Shown: positions 9,195-22,519, counted from the first letter of the stretch. The stretch is 64,000 nt of DNA from Deltaproteobacteria bacterium (GCA_021848385.1 JAJZUQ010000007.1:16389-80388); one strand, 5' to 3'. Notes: generated by a model from the sequence alone, not told the origin. Program-made: numbers and translations.

Positions 9195-10154
9195 TTACTT
9201 TATTTCAATGGTTGCACCCTTGCGGAGGTCGGCAAGCCACTGGTTGAAGCGTTCTTCCGATTTTTTGCGGTAGAGGGTATCCTCGATCTCCTTCTTTACC
9301 TCGTCAAACGGCTTCGGCTTGCCGACGGAGCTCTCCTCGAGCTTTATGATGTGGATTCCCGCCTTGGTTACCACCAGATCACTTATCTCACCCGGTTTCA
9401 TCTTTGACACGGCGGCTTCGATTTCGGGCAGCATCTCCCCCTTCTTGAACGTCCCAAGATCGCCACCGTCCGTCTTGGCACCCGGGTCGTCCGAGTACTT
9501 CCGGGCGAGCTCGGCAAAGTCCTTGCCGCTCCGTGCTTCGAACAGCACATTCGAGGCTGTCAACATGACCTTCTTGATCTCATCAGCGGGCGCGTCCGCG
9601 CCGATGCGGAAAAAGATGTGGCGGGCGCGGAACTGCTCTTCCGCACCGAATTTAGCGGGGTTGGCCGCGTAGTACTCATGCAGCTCCTTGTCCCCCACCT
9701 GGATCTTGGCGCGGACCTCCTGGCTCATGAGGCGGAGCCGTTCAAGCTGACTTTTTATTTGTGCCTTGTACTGATCGAAGGAGAGCCCCTGGCCGGCCAA
9801 AGCCGCAACCAGCGCCTCTTGGGAAAGATTATTCTGCTTTTTCACGTCCTCGATAGACTGTCGTACTTCTTCTTCCGTTACCTTTATATCAAGTTCCTTT
9901 ATCTTCTGCTCAGTGAGCTTCAGGTCAATCAGCCGGTTGAGGGCTGACGTGCGCAGTTCACCGCGGGCCGTGTCGGATACCGGTCCCTTCTTCTCCGCCT
10001 CCTTGACGAGGATTGCGGTTTCCTTGTCCACGTCGTAGGAGGTTATGATCTCGTCGTTGACGATCGCTGCAATGCTGCTGACCATCTCGGCTGCGGACAG
10101 GGCCGGCAGAAGGGTAAGGATGGCCAGAAGGATGATTTTTATCAAGGTATTCAT
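9195..10154 (-). CDS. SurA-like parvulin peptidyl-prolyl isomerase
   Basis: signal peptide, IAAIVNDEIIT SurA N-domain, ARHIFF...FAELARKYSDD...GGDLG. Confidence 0.9.
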   Translation of the reverse strand: MNTLIKIILLAILTLLPALSAAEMVSSIAAIVNDEIITSYDVDKETAILVKEAEKKGPVSDTARGELRTSALNRLIDLKLTEQKIKELDIKVTEEEVRQSIEDVKKQNNLSQEALVAALAGQGLSFDQYKAQIKSQLERLRLMSQEVRAKIQVGDKELHEYYAANPAKFGAEEQFRARHIFFRIGADAPADEIKKVMLTASNVLFEARSGKDFAELARKYSDDPGAKTDGGDLGTFKKGEMLPEIEAAVSKMKPGEISDLVVTKAGIHIIKLEESSVGKPKPFDEVKKEIEDTLYRKKSEERFNQWLADLRKGATIEIK

Positions 10155-10246
10155 GTCGTTAGGTTACCACGGTGTTTTCTGTAGTGCCGGCATGGGTCAA
10201 AGGATGGGGTTTCGGATGTCAATTTGAGCGCATCGCGGCATAAACT

Positions 10247-10273
10247 AAAAAAGGGCCGGGCAATGCCCGGCCC
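10247..10273 (-). terminator. intrinsic terminator
   Basis: gggccgggca-a-tgcccggccc stem with A6 on the plus strand (U-tract on minus) after the 10294 stop. Confidence 0.8.
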
Positions 10274-10293
10274 GCGACTGGTTGCCAGTGGTG

Positions 10294-11217
10294 CTACTTT
10301 GGTTTGGCTTCGGTTGGAGGTGCGGTGGTTGCCGGGGTGTTCTTCCCGCCGAGTTCGTTCAGGACATCTTCCTTCACGGATATCTTGGCGTTCTTTTTCA
10401 GGTCGTCCTTCAGCTTCTTGAAGACCTCCTGCTGTTTTTCAGGCAGGAGACCGGCCTTGATCTGGTCCTTCACCTCGGCAAAGGGGCGAATGCCTGCAGG
10501 CCGCTTGCCGGTCAGCTTGATGATGTGGTAGCCGTACTGGGTGGTAACGATGCCGGAAAGCTCTCCTTCCTTCAGACCGAAGGCGACCTTCTCGAACGCC
10601 GGGATCATTGAACCCTTGCTGAACCAGCCGAGATCGCCCCCTTTGGCGCCTACGGCGTCGGTGGAGTATTTCTTCGCCAGTTCCTCGAAGTTGCCACCTT
10701 TTTTCAGTTGGCCAAGGATATCCTGGGCCTCTTTCTCACTCTTCACGAGGATGTGACTGGCCCTGATCTGCTCGCCGGTCTTGAACTTATCCTTGTTCGC
10801 GTCATAAAATTTCTGGAGGTCGGCATCGGAGAGGCCTGCCTGTTCCTCAACCTTCTTCTTCAGGTATGCCTCGACTACCACCCGTTTCTTCAGGTCTTCG
10901 AGCTTTGCTGCCACCTCGGGGCTTTTGTCGATACCGTCCTTCCGGGCCTGCTGCAGGATGAGATCGCGAACGACCATGGTGTCCAGCATTTCTTTTTTTC
11001 CTTCGGCGGTGTCTGCCATCGGCTTCAGATAGGGGGGGAGGTTCTCTACCTCGTGCTTGAAATCTTCGGTGGTGATGACGTCACCGTTCACTTCGGCCAG
11101 GGTTTTCCCTCCGGAGGTCCCCTTGTTTTCCCCGGTACCTGTCTTGCCGTTGCAACCGCAGGCGACGGCTATACAGAGGACAAGCAGGGCGGCCTTGATT
11201 CTATTAAGATTTTGCAC
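10294..11217 (-). CDS. PpiC/PrsA-type peptidyl-prolyl isomerase, probable lipoprotein
   Basis: lipobox-like AVACGC; ASHILVK...FEELAKKYS...GGDLGWF parvulin domain. Confidence 0.9.
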   Translation of the reverse strand: MQNLNRIKAALLVLCIAVACGCNGKTGTGENKGTSGGKTLAEVNGDVITTEDFKHEVENLPPYLKPMADTAEGKKEMLDTMVVRDLILQQARKDGIDKSPEVAAKLEDLKKRVVVEAYLKKKVEEQAGLSDADLQKFYDANKDKFKTGEQIRASHILVKSEKEAQDILGQLKKGGNFEELAKKYSTDAVGAKGGDLGWFSKGSMIPAFEKVAFGLKEGELSGIVTTQYGYHIIKLTGKRPAGIRPFAEVKDQIKAGLLPEKQQEVFKKLKDDLKKNAKISVKEDVLNELGGKNTPATTAPPTEAKPK

Positions 11218-11273
11218 GGTTATACTCCTTCAAAGAAGATATTTGGGGCTGTCCAAAGGCGGAACGTAGCACA

Positions 11274-14753
<3,480 letters not shown>

Positions 14754-14774
14754 GATCGGTCCACGGGGGCAAGC

Positions 14775-15266
14775 TTACCTGGCGAGGTGTTTCTGCCGGC
14801 GCTCTTCGATGAACATGTCGACGGCGAGGAGAAAGACGCCGACGCAGATGGCCGAGTCGGCCACGTTGAATGCCGGCCAATGGTGCCCGTACCAGTGGGC
14901 GTCGAGAAAATCAATCACCTCGCCGAGCCGGACCCGGTCGATGAGGTTGCCGACCGCTCCGGCGAAGATGAGGGAGAGGGCGAAGGCGGTGAAGTTCTGA
15001 TCGGGTCGGAGCTTGCGGAAAAAGGTGACAATTACCGCCACGGCAACGATCGAGACGAGGATAAAGAAGGGGATGCGGTAGTTGAAGTTGGCCAGGAAGC
15101 TGAAAGCAGCCCCCTTGTTTCGCATATAGGTGATGTTGAAGAAGTTCTCCACGACAGTGATGGATGTGTGAAGATCCATGGTCCGGTCGATGTAGAGCTT
15201 GGTCACCTGGTCGATGCCGATGGTCAGGGTGGAGACCACAAGGAGGATGAGGTATTTCAGTTTCAT
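14775..15266 (-). CDS. lspA: lipoprotein signal peptidase
   Basis: DQVTK, NKGAAFS, GAVGNLIDR, VIDFLD, FNVADSAI; start placed at MKLKY because the upstream extension runs through repeat DNA. Confidence 0.95.
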   Translation of the reverse strand: MKLKYLILLVVSTLTIGIDQVTKLYIDRTMDLHTSITVVENFFNITYMRNKGAAFSFLANFNYRIPFFILVSIVAVAVIVTFFRKLRPDQNFTAFALSLIFAGAVGNLIDRVRLGEVIDFLDAHWYGHHWPAFNVADSAICVGVFLLAVDMFIEERRQKHLAR

Positions 15267-15300
15267 GAATTCGCTTTCCAATACAATTCTAAAAGCTATA

Positions 15301-15470
15301 ACCACGGAGGACGCGGAGGAAAGGCAAAGTCGGTTATCTTTGAACCGCAAAGACGCGAAGATCGCAAATAACATCTAAAGTCGTAGGGTTTAAGCCAAAA
15401 AGTCAAAATAGTGATGATCTGTTTTTTTGCGCTTCCTTTGCGCTCTTAGCGCCTTTGCGGTTCAAAAGAT
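15301..15470. repeat. gene-less inverted-repeat element with 9-nt periodic arms plus an extra solo arm
   Basis: 15336-15368 atctttgaaccgcaaagacgcgaagatcgcaaa pairs with 15437-15470 (reverse complement atcttttgaaccgcaaaggcgctaagagcgcaaa); solo accacggaggacgcggagga at 15301-15320. Confidence 0.85.
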
Positions 15471-15481
15471 GTTGTAATATA

Positions 15482-18256
15482 TTACTTCACGGCAGCAAGA
15501 CACTTCGGACAGATGGTCGGATGTTCTCCATCCGTGCCGAGCTCTTCGCTGTAACACCAGCAGCGCTCGCATTTCTCGCCGGGAGCTGCGGTGACCCGCA
15601 CCTTCATGCCGGCGACAGCTTCGGCAGTGTAGCATTCCCCATCGAGTGATCCCGCCAGGTTTACGCTGGAGACGATGAAAATGGCCGGCAACTCCCGGGC
15701 GTACTCCTTCAGGAAACCGAGCAGTTCGGGCTCGGCGGCGATGGTCACGGCCGCGTCCAGGGGGTGCCCGATGGTCTTGGTCACCCGTGCCTGTTCCAGC
15801 GCCTTGGAGACCTCGGCGCGGACCTTCATGATCCGCTCCCACCGCTCGACCAGCTGCTCGTCTTTCCATTCCGGCTGGAGAGCAGGGAATTCGGCCAGAT
15901 GGACGCTCTCTTCCCGCCCGTCCGGCATGTATCCCCAGACCTCGTCGGCCGTGAAAGAGAGCACCGGGGCCATGAGCCGCACCAGGGTATCGAGGATGCG
16001 GTACATGACGGTCTGGGCAGAGCGCCGTTCCACCGAATCCTTCCTGCTGGTGTAGAGTCGGTCCTTGAGGATATCCAGGTAGAAGGCACTCATCTCAACG
16101 GTGCAGAAGCCGTTCATTGCATGGTAGAGGACATGGAACTCGTACTCGCTGTAGCAGGTGAGCACCTTCTCCTTGAGAAGCTCCAGCTGGTGGAGGGCCC
16201 AGCGGTCCAGTTCCGGCATCTCCCCGTACGCGACGGCGTCCTTCGCCGGGTCGAAGTCGTGGATATTCCCCAGGATGTAGCGGCAGGTGTTCCGGATGCG
16301 GCGGTATGCCTCGGAGAGGCGGGTGAGGATTTCCTGGGAGATGCGGATGTCGTCCCGGTAGTCCTGGGCGGCGACCCAGAGGCGAAGGATCTCGCCGCCG
16401 AATTTCTTGATCACCTCTTCGGGGGCGACCACGTTACCGACCGACTTGCTCATTTTGCGTCCTGAGCCGTCCACTACGAAGCCGTGGGTCAGGACGTTCC
16501 GGTAGGGAGCAACACCCCGGGTCCCGACGCTCTCCAGGAGCGAGGAGTGGAACCACCCCCGGTGCTGGTCGCTCCCCTCCAGATAGAGGTCGGCGGGAGA
16601 TGCGAGCTTGGCGTTCGGCTCCAGGACAGCCGCATGGGAAACCCCGGAGTCGAACCAGACGTCCAGGATGTCCATCTCTTTCTGGAACTCCGATGCCCCG
16701 CATTTCGGGCATGTCGTCCCGGCCGGCATCAGCCGGGCGGCATCCCAGTCGAACCAGATGTCGGCGCTGTGCTGCTTGAACTGCTCGGCGACGAAGTCCA
16801 TGATGGTCCCGTCGGCCAGGTACTCGCCGCAGGCGGTGCAGGAGAAGGCGGTGATCGGTACGCCCCAGGAGCGTTGACGGGAAATGCACCAGTCGGGGCG
16901 GTTCTCGATCATGCCGTAGATCCGCTCCTTTCCCCATCGGGGGATCCACTGGACGGAGTTGACTGCCGCCAGGGCGTTCTTTCTGAGGCCGTTCGCCTCC
17001 ATGGAGATGAACCACTGTTCGGTGGCGCGGAAGATGATCGGCTTCTTGCAGCGCCAGCAGTGGGGGTAGGAGTGGGTGATGTTTGCCTGCCCCACGAGAG
17101 CCCCCACTTCGGTCAGTTTTTCGATGACGGCCGGGTTGGCGGCCAGGACGGACTGGCCGCCGAAGAACTCAAGGTTGCCGATATACTTGCCGTGGTTGTC
17201 CACCGGGTTGTAGATCTCCAACCCCTCCTTCATCCCCAGCTCGTAGTCTTCCTGACCGTGCCCGGGCGCGGTGTGGACGCAGCCGGTCCCTGCCTCCAGG
17301 GTTACGTGTTCGCCGAGCAGCACAATGGAGTCCCGGTCATAGAAGGGGTGCTTGCACCGTTTGCGCTCCAGAAGTGGGGCGGCGAAGGTTGCCAGCACCT
17401 TCCCTTCCAGCTTGTTGGCCGCCAGGAACGCGTCCTTCAACCCTTCGGCCACGATCAGCACTTCCCCGTTCACCTCCAGGGCGGCGTAGGTGAAGTCGGG
17501 ATGGATGGCGATCGCCAGGTTGGCGGGGATGGTCCAGGGGGTAGTGGTCCAGATGACAAGTGAGACCCGTTTTCCTGCCAGAGCCGGGACCGCTGCGGAG
17601 ATATCGTCCTGCAGGCGGAACTTGACGTAGATGGAGGGGGAGGTATGGTCGGCATACTCCACCTCGGCCTCGGCCAGGGCGGTGACGCAGGAGGAACACC
17701 AGTGGACCGGTTTCTTGCCGCGGTAGAGGCCGCCGTTATGGGCGAATTTGGCCAGTTCTGCGGCGGTCAGCCCCTCGTACTCGTAATTCATGGTGAGATA
17801 CGGGTTCTCCCAGTCCCCCAGGACGCCGAGGCGCTTGAACTCGTCCCGCTGGATGGCGATGAACTTTTCGGCGTAGGTGCGGCACTCCCGGCGCATGGCC
17901 AGCTTGGACATCTCATGCTTCTTCGACCCCAGGTTCTTCTCCACCTGCAACTCGATGGGGAGGCCGTGGCAGTCCCATCCCGGGACGTAGGGGGCGCTGA
18001 GCCCCTCCATCCGCTTACTCTTCAGGATAACATCCTTGAGGATCTTGTTGAGGGCATGGCCAATGTGGATATGGCCGTTGGCATAGGGGGGGCCGTCGTG
18101 GAGGATGTAGAGCGGCCGCTCCTTCCCCTTCTCTTCGATCTTTCCGTAGAGGCCGGTATCGTCCCACTTTTTCAGGATTTCCGGTTCCCGCTGGGCCAGG
18201 TTGGCTTTCATGGGGAACTCGGTGACCGGCAGGTTGAGCGTCTCTTTATAGTCCAT
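15482..18256 (-). CDS. ileS: isoleucine--tRNA ligase
   Basis: DGPPYANGHIHIGH (HIGH), KMSKS, WTTTPWT, C-terminal CERC...C zinc motif. Confidence 0.98.
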   Translation of the reverse strand: MDYKETLNLPVTEFPMKANLAQREPEILKKWDDTGLYGKIEEKGKERPLYILHDGPPYANGHIHIGHALNKILKDVILKSKRMEGLSAPYVPGWDCHGLPIELQVEKNLGSKKHEMSKLAMRRECRTYAEKFIAIQRDEFKRLGVLGDWENPYLTMNYEYEGLTAAELAKFAHNGGLYRGKKPVHWCSSCVTALAEAEVEYADHTSPSIYVKFRLQDDISAAVPALAGKRVSLVIWTTTPWTIPANLAIAIHPDFTYAALEVNGEVLIVAEGLKDAFLAANKLEGKVLATFAAPLLERKRCKHPFYDRDSIVLLGEHVTLEAGTGCVHTAPGHGQEDYELGMKEGLEIYNPVDNHGKYIGNLEFFGGQSVLAANPAVIEKLTEVGALVGQANITHSYPHCWRCKKPIIFRATEQWFISMEANGLRKNALAAVNSVQWIPRWGKERIYGMIENRPDWCISRQRSWGVPITAFSCTACGEYLADGTIMDFVAEQFKQHSADIWFDWDAARLMPAGTTCPKCGASEFQKEMDILDVWFDSGVSHAAVLEPNAKLASPADLYLEGSDQHRGWFHSSLLESVGTRGVAPYRNVLTHGFVVDGSGRKMSKSVGNVVAPEEVIKKFGGEILRLWVAAQDYRDDIRISQEILTRLSEAYRRIRNTCRYILGNIHDFDPAKDAVAYGEMPELDRWALHQLELLKEKVLTCYSEYEFHVLYHAMNGFCTVEMSAFYLDILKDRLYTSRKDSVERRSAQTVMYRILDTLVRLMAPVLSFTADEVWGYMPDGREESVHLAEFPALQPEWKDEQLVERWERIMKVRAEVSKALEQARVTKTIGHPLDAAVTIAAEPELLGFLKEYARELPAIFIVSSVNLAGSLDGECYTAEAVAGMKVRVTAAPGEKCERCWCYSEELGTDGEHPTICPKCLAAVK

Positions 18257-18351
18257 ACGACCTCCAGGCGAGATGGGAAGTACTGCACGTGCGAAACGTC
18301 ATAAACTACTAGGAACCCCTTGAAAAGTCAAGGCTAAACGGGTGTTTTCCC

Positions 18352-18380
18352 TTGTCTATTCCGGGGGGAAGTGGTATAAG
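18352..18380 (+). promoter_or_regulatory. putative sigma70 promoter of kup
   Basis: TTGTCT-17 nt-TATAAG upstream of the GGGAGG RBS and ATG 18414. Confidence 0.5.
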
Positions 18381-18413
18381 TTGCCGGCTATGGCAAACAG
18401 GGAGGCGCAACAC

Positions 18414-20234
18414 ATGACGCACGGCACAACCGACTCCTTCTGGGGCGGTATCGTCAAATCCATGGGGCTGGTCTTTGGCGACATCGGCACGAGCCCCATC
18501 TATACCCTCACGGTGTTGTTCGCCCTGACCAAGCCGACCCACGACAATGTATTCGGCATCCTTTCACTCGTGGTCTGGACACTCATCATCCTCGTCACCG
18601 CTGAATATGCCTGGCTTGCCATGAGCCTGGGGCGGAAGGGGGAGGGGGGGACCATCGTCCTCAAGGAGATCCTGATACGGCTTTTGAAGGGAGGGAGGCG
18701 TATGGCGTTCGTCGGGGGGCTCTCCTTCCTCGGGGTTTCGCTCCTCCTCGGCGACGGCGTCATCACGCCGGCCATCAGTATTCTCTCCGCCGTGGAGGGT
18801 ATGGTGCTCATTCCGGGGCTGGAAACCCTTCACCAGGGGACCCTGATATTCATAGCGGCCCTGATTGCCATCAGTCTCTTCATTTTCCAGTTCAAAGGGA
18901 CCGACAAGGTGGCGAAGGCGTTCGGCCCCCTCATGGTGCTCTGGTTCTTCTCCCTCTCCGTTTCCGGTATCGTTTCCATTGCCACCTTTCCCGAGGTGAT
19001 CAAGTCGGTGAGCCCCTACTATGCCGTCAAGTTCTTCCTCGACAACGGCTTTTCCGGCTTTTTCGTCCTCTCCGAGGTGATTCTCTGCGCCACCGGGGGG
19101 GAAGCGCTCTACGCGGACATGGGGCATCTGGGGCGACGGCCGATTGTCCGGGCGTGGTATTTCGTTTTCTGTGCCCTGGTCGTCAACTATTTGGGGCAGG
19201 GAGCCTTCATCCTCCAGCACCCCGACGCGAAGAACTTTCTTTTCGGCATGGTGCAGCTCCAGTCCGGTCTCCTCTATATCCCGTTCCTCATCCTCACCAT
19301 CATCGCTACGGTCATCGCCTCCCAGGCCCTCATCAGCGGCGTCTTCTCCATCGTCTACCAGGGGATCACCACGCGCATCATGCCGCTCATGAAGGTGGAT
19401 TACACCTCCAGCCACCTCAAGTCACAGATCTATATCGGTTCGGTGAACTGGTTCCTCATGGTGCTCGTTATTTTCATCATGCTCCTGTTTCGTAAATCGG
19501 AGAACCTGGCGGCGGCTTACGGTCTAGCCGTGACCGGTACCATGACCATTACCGGCATCATGATGACCATGATCTTCGCCCGCACCACCAAGAAATGGAA
19601 GGCCCCTGTCGCGGCTCTTATAACCCTGGTTGACCTGGTGTTTCTTGTGGCGAACCTCAATAAACTTTCCCATGGCGGTTACTGGTCACTGATCCTGGCT
19701 TCAGTGCCGTTGACCACCATTCTTATCTGGACCAAGGGGCAGCGTGCCCTCTACCGGGCTCTCAAGCCCCTCGACATGGAAACCTTTCTCCTCTCGTACG
19801 AACAGATCTACGCCAAAGGGAAAAATATTCCGGGAACCGGCCTTTTCTTCACCCGGGAATGGAACGTCATCCCTCCCTACGTTGTCCACTGCATCATCCG
19901 GAGTAATATTATCTACGAGCGGAACGTGTTTATCTCCATTACCCGGACCGATGAGCCGTTCGAGATACACTCCCAGTTGAAGACCGGTTTCGGTTCCGGC
20001 CTCGATGCCTTCGAGATCCGGGCCGGATATATGGAAGTGATCGACATTGAGGCGCTCCTGAAACAGCATGGCATCAAGGAGAAGGTCATCTTCTACGGGG
20101 TGGAGGACATTTCCACCATTAATCCCATCTGGCGCGCCTTCTCCGCCATCAAGAAACTCACCCCCAATTTTGTCCAGTTCAGCAAGCTTCCGGCGTCAAA
20201 ACTTCAAGGAGTCGTGACGCGGGTGGAGATGTAA
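18414..20234 (+). CDS. kup: KUP/HAK/KT potassium transporter
   Basis: GLVFGDIGTSPIY, GDGVITPAISILSAVEG, GGEALYADMGH, LAAAYGLAVTGTM. Confidence 0.95.
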   Translation: MTHGTTDSFWGGIVKSMGLVFGDIGTSPIYTLTVLFALTKPTHDNVFGILSLVVWTLIILVTAEYAWLAMSLGRKGEGGTIVLKEILIRLLKGGRRMAFVGGLSFLGVSLLLGDGVITPAISILSAVEGMVLIPGLETLHQGTLIFIAALIAISLFIFQFKGTDKVAKAFGPLMVLWFFSLSVSGIVSIATFPEVIKSVSPYYAVKFFLDNGFSGFFVLSEVILCATGGEALYADMGHLGRRPIVRAWYFVFCALVVNYLGQGAFILQHPDAKNFLFGMVQLQSGLLYIPFLILTIIATVIASQALISGVFSIVYQGITTRIMPLMKVDYTSSHLKSQIYIGSVNWFLMVLVIFIMLLFRKSENLAAAYGLAVTGTMTITGIMMTMIFARTTKKWKAPVAALITLVDLVFLVANLNKLSHGGYWSLILASVPLTTILIWTKGQRALYRALKPLDMETFLLSYEQIYAKGKNIPGTGLFFTREWNVIPPYVVHCIIRSNIIYERNVFISITRTDEPFEIHSQLKTGFGSGLDAFEIRAGYMEVIDIEALLKQHGIKEKVIFYGVEDISTINPIWRAFSAIKKLTPNFVQFSKLPASKLQGVVTRVEM

Positions 20235-20238
20235 TACG

Positions 20239-20949
20239 GTGATGGGTGCTATCTATCGTTACTTCGTCTCGCTCAACCTTGGGCTCTGGCTCATGGCCGG
20301 TGTGCTGCTGTTCATGGCGTTCGGCTCTTTTGTCAGTGGCGGGGAAACCGGAAGCTCCATCAACGACCTGCCAATCTTCCTCTGGTTGCGGGAGGCGCCG
20401 CTGGTCGCTTCCTGGTGGCTCTGGACGACTATCGGGCTGCTGGCCCTGCTGGCCCTCAATACGGTTCTCTGCAGCATTGAGTCCCTCCGGAAAAAGTGGG
20501 AACGTGGGAATTTCCTGGTCCGTATCGCCCCACAGGTCATGCATCTTGGGTTCCTGCTGATCATGGTCGCGCATCTGTTCAGCGCCAGGGGGAGCTTCAA
20601 GCAGGTTATGGAGGTGGGGGAGGGAAGCACCATCGGTTTCCCCGATGGCGGTGTGGTGCTTGTGGAGAGGCTTCACGCTGCCATGGGGCCCATGGGGATG
20701 CCGTCCGGCTACAGCGCCGAGGTCCGCACCCTTGCGGGAGGTACGACATCCGGGACCATGAGCCCCAACCACCCCTTCTTCTACGGGGGGTTCGGACTCT
20801 ACCTGAAGGAAGTGGGGTTCATGCCGGCGCCGGTGGCACTGGTGGAGATCCACCGGGAGCCGGGGGCTGGCTGGGCGTTGGCGGGGGCACTGCTGTTTAC
20901 GGTGGGGAATGTGGTGCTGCTGGCGGTCCGGCGGGGACGTTCGGCCTGA
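20239..20949 (+). CDS. ResB-like (cytochrome c biogenesis) membrane protein, short form
   Basis: N-terminal TMs, WW...LLALNTVLCS, APQVMHLGFLLIMVAH conserved His, C-terminal EPG+TM. Confidence 0.65.
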   Translation: MMGAIYRYFVSLNLGLWLMAGVLLFMAFGSFVSGGETGSSINDLPIFLWLREAPLVASWWLWTTIGLLALLALNTVLCSIESLRKKWERGNFLVRIAPQVMHLGFLLIMVAHLFSARGSFKQVMEVGEGSTIGFPDGGVVLVERLHAAMGPMGMPSGYSAEVRTLAGGTTSGTMSPNHPFFYGGFGLYLKEVGFMPAPVALVEIHREPGAGWALAGALLFTVGNVVLLAVRRGRSA

Positions 20950-21113
20950 ATCGGCGAGGGATGAGCGTTCCGTTTCGCTCAAAGTCCCCTCGAACCTCCG
21001 CTGTACGGCTCATTTCGCGCCGGCCGTTTGGCCGGCTCTGCTCAATTTCGCCTACATCGGCTGGTTCTCGGGCACATTCGCTTTACGGAGCACTCACCCC
21101 TCACCGATTCAGG
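20945..21113. repeat. 169-bp MITE/REP-like long hairpin with 29-bp terminal inverted repeats
   Basis: cctgaatcggcgagggatgagcgttccgt (20945-20973) vs reverse complement of 21085-21113 cctgaatcggtgaggggtgagtgctccgt, 25/29; central gccggcc-gttt-ggccggc. Confidence 0.85.
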
Positions 21114-21145
21114 TACAGGGCGCCGTTGCCGGCGCCCTTCGCACA

Positions 21146-21715
21146 TCATTTCACCACTTTTATTGATTTTATAACCACCGGCACCGTCGGCACGTCCTGG
21201 AACCCCTTCTGCATACCGGTTTGCACCGCCTTGATCTTGTCTACCACGTCCATCCCCTCAATCACCTTGCCGAATACCGCATACCCGTAGCCGTCAGGCG
21301 AAGGACGGTTTAGGTTGAGATTGTTCTCCACGTTGATGAAAAACTGCGAGGAGGCACTGTTGGGATCACCGGTGCGGGCCATGGCGATGGTTCCGCGGGC
21401 ATTCTTCAAGCCGTTATCCGCTTCGTTCTTAATGGGGGCATTCGGTCTCTTCATGGTCAGAGCCGGAGTGAATCCTCCCCCCTGGATCATGAAGTTGGGG
21501 ATGACCCGATGAAAGATGGTGCCGTTGTAATAGCCGCTGTTGACGTAGCTGAGGAAGTTCTTGACCGAAATGGGCGCTTCCTTCTGGTACAGCTCAATTT
21601 TTACCTTACCGAGGCTGGTCTCCATGAGTACAACCGGATTTTTCCCCTCGGCGGCCAGGGCGGTTCCCCCGAGCAGCAGGGTGCAGGCGAAGGTGAGCAT
21701 GAGTTTCTTCAACAT
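21146..21715 (-). CDS. ppiA: cyclophilin-type peptidyl-prolyl isomerase, periplasmic
   Basis: signal peptide; [36 protein letters not shown]. Confidence 0.9.
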   Translation of the reverse strand: MLKKLMLTFACTLLLGGTALAAEGKNPVVLMETSLGKVKIELYQKEAPISVKNFLSYVNSGYYNGTIFHRVIPNFMIQGGGFTPALTMKRPNAPIKNEADNGLKNARGTIAMARTGDPNSASSQFFINVENNLNLNRPSPDGYGYAVFGKVIEGMDVVDKIKAVQTGMQKGFQDVPTVPVVIKSIKVVK

Positions 21716-21778
21716 TGGGATTCCTCCTTGCAAATGGGTGTTGATATCGTGCCAGTATAGAAAAACGGAGGGAACCGG

Positions 21779-22375
21779 TCAATCTTTTCGCACGAGGATG
21801 GTGACGTAATCCTCCAGAATGCGCATGTCGAGCTGGGTACATCCGAGCCTGGCGAAGCGGTTCTGGATATCGAACTTGTCCTGGAGGGGTATGCCGGAGA
21901 GGAGCAGCAGCCCGCCGGGACGGGTCATGTCGACCATCTGGTCGGCCAGTGCCAGGTGGATATCGGCGTAGATATTGGCGAGGAGGATGTCGAACTGTCC
22001 TCCACGAAGGGAGGCAAGCTCTCCGCAGACACTGAGGACTCGGTTCTCCATCCCGTTCAGGCGGGCGTTGGCAGCGCAGGAGACGGCGGCCGGCCACTCG
22101 ATGTCCACGGCGACCACCTCTTCAGCCCCGAGCCGGACGGCTGCAATGGCGAGGATGCCGGTACCGCTTCCCAGATCGAGCCCGCGGGCACCCCGGACTT
22201 CGGGAAGTCGTGCAAGTATCTCCAGACAGGAGGCGGTGGTCTCGTGCTCCCCCGATCCGAAGGCTCCATTCCGGCCAAGAACGATGGGGATGCCGCACGG
22301 TTCCGGAAGGGGAGCGTCCTCCGGCAGGATGGTGAACGGGTCTATGGCGAAAGGGGTGAAGATGCGTCCGGTCAT
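21779..22375 (-). CDS. PrmA-like SAM-dependent methyltransferase (catalytic domain only)
   Basis: AFGSGEHETT, LDLGSGTGILAIAA, FDILLANI, LLLSGI; 198 aa. Confidence 0.8.
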   Translation of the reverse strand: MTGRIFTPFAIDPFTILPEDAPLPEPCGIPIVLGRNGAFGSGEHETTASCLEILARLPEVRGARGLDLGSGTGILAIAAVRLGAEEVVAVDIEWPAAVSCAANARLNGMENRVLSVCGELASLRGGQFDILLANIYADIHLALADQMVDMTRPGGLLLLSGIPLQDKFDIQNRFARLGCTQLDMRILEDYVTILVRKD

Positions 22376-22519
22376 GGGTGTCTCCGCGCGGGTGGATTGG
22401 GGCACCTTACCCCATTTCCCCGGCAAAGGGAAGGAAACTAATGGTTGACATCCGGCGATGATGAGGCGAAAATTATCGCCCGAATCACGAGATTACAGGT
22501 AGTTGGGGAGGACTGAACG

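Noticed and set aside
15267-15374. N-terminal extension of lspA in the ORF track
   Set aside because: It runs through the repeat element; MKLKY at 15266 gives a normal-length LspA.
18257-18413. T-box or c-di-AMP riboswitch ahead of ileS or kup
   Set aside because: The spacer is too short and lacks the conserved motifs.
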